This document shows, piece by piece, positions 26,149 to 33,826 of a stretch of DNA of 33,826 nucleotides. The notes under the pieces are model-generated. The model had not been told where the DNA came from, ran no database searches, and worked only from the letters and a program-made list of their open reading frames with translations. Both the position numbers and the translations under genes were made by a program. Position 1 is the stretch's first letter; the number at the start of each line of letters is the position of its first letter. Source of the stretch: Spirosoma sp. (lineage in GTDB: Bacteria > Bacteroidota > Bacteroidia > Cytophagales > Spirosomataceae); contig JAQBNX010000047.1 of assembly GCA_028288385.1 (NCBI GenBank), forward strand, positions 1 to 33,826. Reading direction: 5' to 3'.

Positions 26149-27326
26149 TGTTTCGCTGGAACATTTGGGTTATCGTTGACAACGGTGTAATCATCGTAGC
26201 GGTCTGCTTGCTTCGGTGCCCGGTCGTAGCCTATCTGGTTGGCGTTATACGGCTGGGATGAATAGGTAGGGGAAGCGGTGATCGGCTCTGCTTGGGTGCG
26301 GGAAGTACTGTTAGCGTTACCCGAAGATGCTGTTGCTGCAGGCGCAGCAGACCGGCTCGTTGTGGAGGTGCTGACGTTATTTCGGTTGTCTTGACTGCGA
26401 TTTCTGCCTGACATAGCCTGAGCCCCGCGCATGGCACTCTGGGGCAGTGAAGCCCCTTTACCGGCTGCCCAGCCCGCTAAGCTACCCGATGAGGTGATCC
26501 CACCTATGAAAGCACTCGTCAGCATGGGCGTCGCCAGGTAAGCCCCCATCACACAGTAATGGACAACCACTAAGTTGAACACCGCACCAAACCGTTCTTC
26601 GAGCGTAGCGTTGTTCATCATGTTGGTGACATGTCCGTCGATGAGGTTATCGACGTAGAAGTTGACGATGTTATCCAGGACGCCAATGGTCAGTGCCCAG
26701 AACTTGGCATGGAGTAGGTTTCTGAACCAATAGGCCATTGCTCCCTGCATGCCGGGTATCATCGAGATCAAAATAGCAATAGGTCCTGTAATGCTTAAAA
26801 ACACAACAACCAGTACCTGCATTTTGCCTACGAATGCCCGCACCAGCAGGGTCAACCCTTCAGCAACCAGCCTCACCAGTTTTAAAATAACCATCTCGAC
26901 CGTGTTGCCGACAACACCCAGCACGATCTCGATATCTTTCTTCATCTGGTCGGTGTCAAAACTGAGGTCGAAGTCTTTCCAAAGATTGGAGTTGGCAGTC
27001 GTGTAGCCAGCATCCACTTTAGCCGTCATTGCTTTCAGGGACGCCAGGACTTCTTTGGGTTCTTTGGGCGAGAAGATGCTCGTTACCACGTCCATCATTC
27101 CCGTAGTAATGCCCATCAGGTCCGAGTACAGTGTTAAAACGATTGTCAGGATGATGGCCCGAATAACCGGTGTATAATCCGTAGTCAGGTCCGATGACAC
27201 CAGAAAGGTGCGGCCTAAAGCCCAGATGAAATTAATCACCATCATGGCCGCGGCCAGCGTGAGAACCTTCGTCCGGATCAGATCCGAATTGTTGGCGTAT
27301 AGATAACCGAAATACGTTTCGTTCAT
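26145..27326 (-). CDS. traJ: TraJ / VirB6-like inner-membrane conjugation protein
   Basis: Multi-TM protein with FLSITGPIAILISMIPG..AYW and a low-complexity Ser/Thr/Ala tail. Sits between traG and traK. Confidence 0.75.
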   Translation of the reverse strand: MNETYFGYLYANNSDLIRTKVLTLAAAMMVINFIWALGRTFLVSSDLTTDYTPVIRAIILTIVLTLYSDLMGITTGMMDVVTSIFSPKEPKEVLASLKAMTAKVDAGYTTANSNLWKDFDLSFDTDQMKKDIEIVLGVVGNTVEMVILKLVRLVAEGLTLLVRAFVGKMQVLVVVFLSITGPIAILISMIPGMQGAMAYWFRNLLHAKFWALTIGVLDNIVNFYVDNLIDGHVTNMMNNATLEERFGAVFNLVVVHYCVMGAYLATPMLTSAFIGGITSSGSLAGWAAGKGASLPQSAMRGAQAMSGRNRSQDNRNNVSTSTTSRSAAPAATASSGNANSTSRTQAEPITASPTYSSQPYNANQIGYDRAPKQADRYDDYTVVNDNPNVPAKQ

Positions 27327-27338
27327 GGACGTGTTGCG

Positions 27339-29753
27339 TTAAATGGCTCCGGCCGCACGATCTTCGTTCCACTGCCGCACCGCGTAAACGATGTTGCCTT
27401 GGTAGGATTTTGTCAGCTTGCGTAAGTGTTCCCGTTCGGCTGGTTTGGACGTCAGTAAGGGATAGATGCCTGGTGCGGCTTCCAGTCGGTATACCTTTCC
27501 ATATTCACCCTGCCGGATAAAAACTTCCCGCCAGGATGCTGTTACCCGAATGGACTGCATTTTGTCAAGTTCATGGCGGGTAAAACCCAGGACGATTGCC
27601 ACCCGTTCGAGCTGCTTGGTATCCTGGTGATTCAGAATGATTTTGGTATCGGCATTGGCCACGACGATAGCACCGATAGCACTGTCTTCAATCTCCTTCA
27701 CCCCCTGAGTGATGATACACATCGAACCGTTGCTTTTGCGGACGGTACGGTACATGGTCTCAATAAACTTACCCATTCCGTCGGTAAGCATCGACCAAGC
27801 TTCATCCATGTAGAGGTACTTAATGTCGTCAGGATACCGGCGCAACACGTCCATCGCCAACTCAGTAACCAACAGCGTCACTACCGACTTAAGCAGGGGG
27901 TTGTCCTTAATACGGGCCATATCAAAGCAGACCAATTGATTAGCACTGATGTCCTCACTCTCGGTTGCGTCAAGCACATCCCGGTAATGGCCATGTACGA
28001 AGGGGTCTAAGCAGGTAAAGAATTCGGAAAAATCGAACGCCTTTTGCCACCGAATCAGCTCTTCCTGTTCTTGGTGATCCTTAAGATAATTGTACAACCA
28101 GTCGTAGAAACCTACCAGACTCGGTACGGGCGTGAGCCGGGTTTCCTCGGCGTTGTAAAACTGGTAATACAGGGGAATCAGGCGGACTAAAACCGATGTT
28201 TCGGCCTGCGAAACCACCCGGTTGTAGCCCTTCCAGATCAATGACAGCAACGTGGTTAGGAAAACAATCTTGTCGCCGTCCAGATCATACCTACCCGCTT
28301 GATTGACGGGGATGCCAAAGGGATTAAATTTGATAGGTCTCTCCGGATCATACTCATAATACCGGCCGCCTAAGGCCGTCATGAGGGATAGGTAAGTGCC
28401 ACCCACGTCGATAATAATCTGACGTCGCCCGGCTTCGTAGCGTTGCAGCATAAAATAGCCCACCGTGTACGACTTGCCACTACCGGTTGGCCCAACGACG
28501 ATGCAATTCTGGTTGTTGAGGTCCGTGTTGAATAGATTTACCAGCAACGGATTTCCGTAGCGATCACTCATCAGTTCACCCCGGTTGGCCGTGCGGTAAT
28601 TTGTCGCGCAGTTGAGGTAGCAGGCTGCATTGTCACCGGACATGATTAGCCATCGGTAATTCTGATACCCATTACCGGGGGCCAGCGCAAAAAACAGGTT
28701 GGTGGTGTCCATGGTCTCTACGAACACGTCGGCCCCACCCATTGCTCTGAAACTCGCGATGCCCCGCTGGACAAGCGTTTCCCGCATTTTATTATCGGTA
28801 CTCCAAACGACCAGAAACAAACCCACTGACAAAAGATTTTTATTGTCAGTCCGAATGTCACTGATGTATTCATCCAGCTCCAGCATCTTAATCTTGTTCT
28901 CGTGGGTCATCAGAAAGTCTAAGTTGCGGTTGACTTTCTGCTCGAATTCAAGGGTAGCGATTACTTTTTCGGTGTCTTCGACTAAGAAATTAGTAATGAG
29001 CAGGTGAGGAACGTGGAGATCCAGGGTAAGATTGGTGACAAACGGTGACTCTACACCCGTGCGGCCCGATGGTTGGGTGTTATGAATCGTTGAGGGTTGA
29101 CCCGCCATCGAGAGAATATTCACTTTTTTCTCTCCGATAGCGACGTGGGTTGGGTCGGGTTGCACCGAACGATGAAAAGCGTCCGGTTGACGGGCAAATT
29201 CGAGGTTAAAATACTGATAATATAAGTTTTGCAATTCCTCGTCATTGAGCCTGGCTAGTTCAAGTCGACCCCGAACAATACTTTGCGTGAATTCCTGAGC
29301 AGCCCGTTCGGCTCGCTCAGCCAGCGCGTCGATACCGTCGAACGGATTTTTGAGCATTGACCGCCCCCGCCGGGCCCAAACGCTATTGGCGGCATTCGTT
29401 CGCGGCTGTTTTTCATTGCCAAAGGAAAGAAACAGGTAGGCCCGATGACGCAAAACGGGCCGGTCCTGCATGTGTAGATGTTGCTTTTGCGTAAAAGTCG
29501 GTGCCTCCCGGGGCACTTTGTGCCGATCATGGTAGTAGGCATCGATGCGTTGAATGACGGTTCCAACCGGTAAGGTCCGGGTTGCCCGCTGAAAGGCTGC
29601 CGCCAGGGCGTCGAACTCACCACTGGTGATGCTTTCGACTTCGACCCCCTCGAAGCGGAAACCAATCGCAACGCGGCCGTCTTTAAGCACAGCCGCGTTG
29701 TTTTCGATGTTAAAGACGGGAAACACCGCGTCGTAGTTGACCGTTTTTTTCAC
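27339..29753 (-). CDS. traG: Conjugative ATPase TraG (VirB4 family)
   Basis: LPVGTVIQRID, Walker A GPTGSGKS, IIDVGGTY, FNPF, Walker B YMDEAWS, YRTVRKSNG..ITQ and ANADTKI. Confidence 0.93.
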   Translation of the reverse strand: MKKTVNYDAVFPVFNIENNAAVLKDGRVAIGFRFEGVEVESITSGEFDALAAAFQRATRTLPVGTVIQRIDAYYHDRHKVPREAPTFTQKQHLHMQDRPVLRHRAYLFLSFGNEKQPRTNAANSVWARRGRSMLKNPFDGIDALAERAERAAQEFTQSIVRGRLELARLNDEELQNLYYQYFNLEFARQPDAFHRSVQPDPTHVAIGEKKVNILSMAGQPSTIHNTQPSGRTGVESPFVTNLTLDLHVPHLLITNFLVEDTEKVIATLEFEQKVNRNLDFLMTHENKIKMLELDEYISDIRTDNKNLLSVGLFLVVWSTDNKMRETLVQRGIASFRAMGGADVFVETMDTTNLFFALAPGNGYQNYRWLIMSGDNAACYLNCATNYRTANRGELMSDRYGNPLLVNLFNTDLNNQNCIVVGPTGSGKSYTVGYFMLQRYEAGRRQIIIDVGGTYLSLMTALGGRYYEYDPERPIKFNPFGIPVNQAGRYDLDGDKIVFLTTLLSLIWKGYNRVVSQAETSVLVRLIPLYYQFYNAEETRLTPVPSLVGFYDWLYNYLKDHQEQEELIRWQKAFDFSEFFTCLDPFVHGHYRDVLDATESEDISANQLVCFDMARIKDNPLLKSVVTLLVTELAMDVLRRYPDDIKYLYMDEAWSMLTDGMGKFIETMYRTVRKSNGSMCIITQGVKEIEDSAIGAIVVANADTKIILNHQDTKQLERVAIVLGFTRHELDKMQSIRVTASWREVFIRQGEYGKVYRLEAAPGIYPLLTSKPAEREHLRKLTKSYQGNIVYAVRQWNEDRAAGAI

Positions 29754-30042
29754 GATGTCTGACCTTTACGTGGAGAATGGCCTTTGGTTGGAGGAAAACC
29801 CAAGAGATGATGGATAGTAAAAAGGAGGGATGTTTTTTGCTTTCCCCCCAGCGCAGAACTAACCAGCTGGCCAGAAGCACAAGTAGAATCAAGATGTAAA
29901 CGAAGCGGGGAACGGGGACAATGGAGCGCGCAATTGAGGTCAGTGAAATCAGGCTGATCAGCAAGCTAACGTATAGGCCTAGTTCCTGCATACGCATCCC
30001 CATAATCCGCGTCGGCTTTTCTAAGGACTTCGACACTTTCAT
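29710..30042 (-). CDS. traF: TraF / VirB3-like small membrane protein
   Basis: KSLEKPTRIMGM N-terminus and 2 TM. Immediately upstream of traG. Confidence 0.65.
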   Translation of the reverse strand: MKVSKSLEKPTRIMGMRMQELGLYVSLLISLISLTSIARSIVPVPRFVYILILLVLLASWLVLRWGESKKHPSFLLSIISWVFLQPKAILHVKVRHREKNGQLRRGVSRL

Positions 30043-30055
30043 GAGTGGGCATCGA

Positions 30056-30376
30056 CTATTTTTTTAGTACGTATCCCCCTTTGGAGCCATTCGAGCTGGA
30101 TTGAACGTCGTTGACGATCAGATTGAACCCGAACCAGATAACAGCACCTATTACCAAATAGATGAGATTTCGCGGTCCATTAGGCGAATTGCTGATGAAC
30201 GAGGAAACGACTTTGACCACGCCAAATACCATCAGGATACCAAAGATGATGTTTCCGATCGTGTAGATGGTCTCGTAGTAGCTAGTCACTGCGGACTCTA
30301 CTTCACCTTGTGCCATGACGGAGTTAAACACACCGCAGGACAGCATAAAGGCCATTAGAAAAACTGACTTTTTCAT
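30056..30376 (-). CDS. traE: TraE / VirB2-like pilin
   Basis: Signal peptide (VMA-Q) plus two hydrophobic helices. First gene of the tra cluster. Confidence 0.65.
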   Translation of the reverse strand: MKKSVFLMAFMLSCGVFNSVMAQGEVESAVTSYYETIYTIGNIIFGILMVFGVVKVVSSFISNSPNGPRNLIYLVIGAVIWFGFNLIVNDVQSSSNGSKGGYVLKK

Positions 30377-31225
30377 GAATCGTAAACTGAATTAGGGTTA
30401 TTGTAAAATTTAAATTGGTTGGCATAAATGATTCACTACCCGTTAAAATCTGCAGGACTTAATACCCGTTGAGTCTGCCGTAGGGCTGGCCAGTACCGCG
30501 AACGTTTGTACAAGTATGACCGCGTTTTGAAGGGTAAAAAAGTTTATTAGGCGAGTGGAGAGAACTACTCGGTGATTCGGTTAACCGCTAACAATCTTCG
30601 GTGAGATGCTTACGAAGGCTTATCAAACGGACCGCCACGAACAATAAGCCCCGTGTAGTCGATAGCACCGTGTAAACATTTATATGTCGGCCGACAACAT
30701 GTAGGGGGTGGGTCCTTTTATAAGAATGGGTAGTTCTGCGGAAAGGGACCGGGCCTCCGGGCGGATAATTCACGGTCGGCCGCTGCCGTCTATTGGCTTA
30801 TCGGTGGCTGAAACGGTAAGTTTAACCGGAATCAGCATGTCAAGTGTGAAGCGGTACCGAAATCGGATCGCCGAAGCGACTGCTTGAAAAAACGTCATTG
30901 TAATTATCGTATGTTCCGAGCAGTTAAACAGCCATCTCTCAATTAGAGCCTTTTATGAGATTCGCATCTTACCTGTTGTTGATGTAAACCAACTTTTTAG
31001 GAGAATCCTCTGAGAGAAGAGGTATGATTCTGTAAACCAATTATTTTCACCTTATTAGGTTCGTTGATCAATAATCTAGGCTTTTTGAAATGGATAACCG
31101 GAAATGTATACAAATAGGGGTATGGGTCTCAAACCGTTCAAGCACAGTGTTCTTTGGCGCGCAAAAAATGTTCAGGCCGAGCCCTAGTGACCGGCCATGA
31201 AATGCGAACGAAATGGATCATGTTT

Positions 31226-33655
31226 TCACAACCGTTTGCTCTCCTCTTCAGAACTTGTTTTGCGCTGACGTGCCCCTTTAACCTGGTTGCTCCCGAAACT
31301 ATAGGTCAAATTGACGCGTACCTGTCGACTTTCATAACCCCCACTCGCCTCAATGTACAGACCGCCAAACTGACTGACACCCCGCCACTGCTGACTGTTG
31401 AAGGGATCGGATACCGTGAGTATTAAGCTACCTCGCTCGGCGAGTACTTTGCGCTGCAGACCAATCGTGCTACCCCAGTAGCGTCTGTTTAAATAGGTGC
31501 CCCCCCAAACCGATGGAGACGTATAAAAAGCCGAGACTTCCAGCCGCCATCCGTGGGGGAAGGTTAAAGTATGCTGCATATACAAACTAACTACGTTAGC
31601 TGTTAAGCCAATCTGTTTACCATCGCCGAAATTTGCCCGGTTCGCCGAACGGTAGCCGCTGGCATTGGCAAATCCACTCCACCCTTTGGTAACGGTAAAC
31701 GGGTAACTGAAGTTGAGGGAAATGACCTGCTGACTGGCCAGGTTGCGCGTAGTCATAAAACTGCGGTTGCCTTCGGTGGTGTCGGTAATCTGGGCAAAAA
31801 AATCCTGCGTATTACTGAAGCTGAGTGAGGTGGTTAGTTTTTGCGCATAGGTATGCGAAAGCTGAACCGTATTGGTGTACTGTGGACGAAGAAACGCGTT
31901 ACCTTTCTGGTAGGTCAGCTCGTCCAGTTTTGACTCAAACGGGTTAAGACTTTGGTAGGTCGGTCGGTCAATTCGGCGGCTGTAGGTCAGCGACATTGAG
32001 TTTTTGGCGCTGTATTTATACGTCAGCCCGGCGCTGGGAAAAGCGTTGAGATATTGCCGAACAACATGAGCGTCGGCTTGCTGCTGAGAGCTGACTAACT
32101 GCCCATCGGATTGGGTGCGTTCCAGCCGCAGGCCAACTTGTCCTTGCCACTTCTTCCCCCAGTTTTTCTCCAGAGATGCGTAAGCAGCCTGGATGGTCTC
32201 GGTGTATGTAAACTGGTTGGTGCGGTTCACGTTAATCCGGTTGATGCCCTGCAACACGTCGAAAAAGGTGAAGTGATTGTCCGTCTGAACGCTCGATAAT
32301 TTGAAGCCGGCGTTCAGTTTCCCACCCCAAAGCCGTTGGCTATAATCTGCCTTGAAGGTTCTGAGCGTAATATCGGTTCGCGTTTCCATTCGGTATGTTC
32401 GCTCGGATAATACCTCACCCGTAGCTGGCTGGACGTAACGATTCGGTTGTGTTGTATTGCCACCTGTCTGGAACCGGCCTAAATCGGCATCGAGGCTCAG
32501 TTCGTGCCCAGATGTGTCGACAAACCGATAATTGACATTCGCGTTTCCATTTGCCCGACTGTATATACTTTGATTATCAGCCAATAGCAAACTGTCCGGG
32601 CCCTTGGTCAATGTACCAATGGGCGTGCGTCCCTGAGTTAAATAATACCCCCAATTCATCGTTCCATCCAACAGCAAGCCCACGGTACTGCGTGAATTCA
32701 TCAGCCAGTCAGCGCCTAATCGGGCCGTGTGAGTCACCGTACGCGCCGTGGTTTCGCTTTTCTGATCGAAATATTGGCCATTCTGTTGGCGGTATAGGCT
32801 CAAAAACGAACGATCGCGCCCATTGCGCTGGCTATAATTAGCAAACAAAGCCAGCTTAGTCGTTCGATGATTGAGCGAAAGTGATCCATTGTATTTCGGA
32901 TAGTAGGCACCCAACGCAAAGCCAAATGTACCGTTTCCGTTCGTGCCATGCGTATTGGGACTCGAAGACTGTCTTTTTTTGAGTCGGATGTTCAGAATAC
33001 CGGCGTTACCCTGTGCATCGAAACGGGCGGAAGGCTGGGTAATGATCTCAATAGCGTCAATATCCGTGGCCTGCAACGAACGTAAGTACACTATCAGATC
33101 GGCCGGACCTAAGGGAGAGGGCTTACCATCAATAAAAATACGAACGCCATTCTTACCCTGCAGAACAATATTGTCGGATGGATCAACCTGTACGCCGGGC
33201 GCTTTTTGAATGAGTTCTAAAGCCGAACTGCCTGCCGCAGTCAAACTCCCCTCGACGTTGAGGACGATTTTATCCGGTTGTACCTCAATCAGCGGGCGAG
33301 TCGCCTTTATCTTTATTTCGTTTAGCGAATGAGACGCTTCAGTTAGTACGGCTGGGGGCAATGAACTTGTTTGATCAAGCGTTATTACAGTCGCGTCAGA
33401 GATCCAGTTGTTGTACCCAACGCCGGTCAGATGAACTTTATAGGTGGCCGCTGGCAGGTTCGCAAATTGGAACGTACCCGCCTGGTCGGCTACGGTGGCT
33501 TTGATGAGTGAAGAATCCGCTGCCGAATGAAGTGTTGCGGTGACAAACGGGATCGGCTGTCCGGCAGCGTTAACAGCTGTACCGCGAAGTAGGGCTTTTT
33601 GGGCGATGGCTGAACCGATGCTCAGCAGCCAGCAAATGCTTATAATTCTGATCAT
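31226..33655 (-). CDS. TonB-dependent receptor / outer-membrane beta-barrel family protein
   Basis: Signal peptide, carboxypeptidase-regulatory-like N-domain, plug region (ELIQKAPGV...IEIITQPSARFDAQGNAGILNI) and barrel (YSRRIDRPTY..LNPF...GNAFLRP, LTYSFG). ATG at 33655. Confidence 0.9.
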   Translation of the reverse strand: MIRIISICWLLSIGSAIAQKALLRGTAVNAAGQPIPFVTATLHSAADSSLIKATVADQAGTFQFANLPAATYKVHLTGVGYNNWISDATVITLDQTSSLPPAVLTEASHSLNEIKIKATRPLIEVQPDKIVLNVEGSLTAAGSSALELIQKAPGVQVDPSDNIVLQGKNGVRIFIDGKPSPLGPADLIVYLRSLQATDIDAIEIITQPSARFDAQGNAGILNIRLKKRQSSSPNTHGTNGNGTFGFALGAYYPKYNGSLSLNHRTTKLALFANYSQRNGRDRSFLSLYRQQNGQYFDQKSETTARTVTHTARLGADWLMNSRSTVGLLLDGTMNWGYYLTQGRTPIGTLTKGPDSLLLADNQSIYSRANGNANVNYRFVDTSGHELSLDADLGRFQTGGNTTQPNRYVQPATGEVLSERTYRMETRTDITLRTFKADYSQRLWGGKLNAGFKLSSVQTDNHFTFFDVLQGINRINVNRTNQFTYTETIQAAYASLEKNWGKKWQGQVGLRLERTQSDGQLVSSQQQADAHVVRQYLNAFPSAGLTYKYSAKNSMSLTYSRRIDRPTYQSLNPFESKLDELTYQKGNAFLRPQYTNTVQLSHTYAQKLTTSLSFSNTQDFFAQITDTTEGNRSFMTTRNLASQQVISLNFSYPFTVTKGWSGFANASGYRSANRANFGDGKQIGLTANVVSLYMQHTLTFPHGWRLEVSAFYTSPSVWGGTYLNRRYWGSTIGLQRKVLAERGSLILTVSDPFNSQQWRGVSQFGGLYIEASGGYESRQVRVNLTYSFGSNQVKGARQRKTSSEEESKRL

Positions 33656-33826
33656 GGACCTGATTGGTTGATGGTTAAAAGTAGCGGGACGCCACACCGA
33701 GTCTGAGCCCTAATCGATGAAGCGTCGAATCCATCGCCCAACGGCTGGGATATAGCATTCATCGACGCATTTAACCTTTCGTCGGAAAAGGGCGGGCGGT
33801 AATCGGGTACGTTCGTACATTTAGTG

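Larger units (their letters stand above)
9005..30376. mobile_element. Backbone of a Bacteroidota conjugative element (plasmid or ICE); ends not defined
   Basis: Primase-like gene, relaxosome, T4CP and MPF-B type T4SS are all present. No integrase or att site in the window. Confidence 0.85.

Noticed and set aside
30377-31225. Short ORFs (30588-30773) or an att site marking the element end
   Set aside because: No motifs, no tRNA and no direct repeat matching elsewhere in the window were found.
768-33209. Numerous short antisense or out-of-frame ORFs in the track (e.g. 2460-2699, 9896-10201, 15668-16084, 27573-28010, 31154-31426)
   Set aside because: They overlap well-supported genes, lack recognisable motifs and are expected by chance.

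Overview
The window looks like an accessory or mobile region of a Bacteroidota (probably Cytophagales, Spirosoma/Fibrella-like) genome or plasmid; the taxon is inferred from gene families. 1-8617 (+) is an anti-phage defence island. It holds two CBASS modules in tandem: (i) a 5'-truncated CdnG-like cyclase with a stand-alone E2, and (ii) a CdnB-like cyclase with Cap2, Cap3 and an unusual effector that fuses an N-terminal SAVED sensor to a C-terminal HEXXH metallopeptidase-like domain. An AbiL/RloAB-like ATPase-TOPRIM pair follows. 9005-10753 (-) encodes a DUF6371-type primase-like protein and a small hypothetical protein. 10754-12848 is a 2.1 kb AT-rich non-coding region with long palindromes, arrays of 8-bp-phased repeats and a candidate oriT. 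12849-20163 (+) is the mobilisation module: MobC/BfmA-like accessory protein, DUF5712 relaxase with three 67-aa internal repeats, coupling protein, a degenerate nucleotidyltransferase-primase fusion and two lipoproteins. 20316-30376 (-) is a Bacteroidota-type conjugative T4SS (traE-F-G-J-K-N-M, VirB5-like gene, membrane proteins) ending in an apparently catalytically dead TraG paralogue. 31226-33655 (-) is a TonB-dependent/outer-membrane beta-barrel protein. No integrase, RNA gene or CRISPR array was seen. All family assignments come from motif recognition, not database searches.
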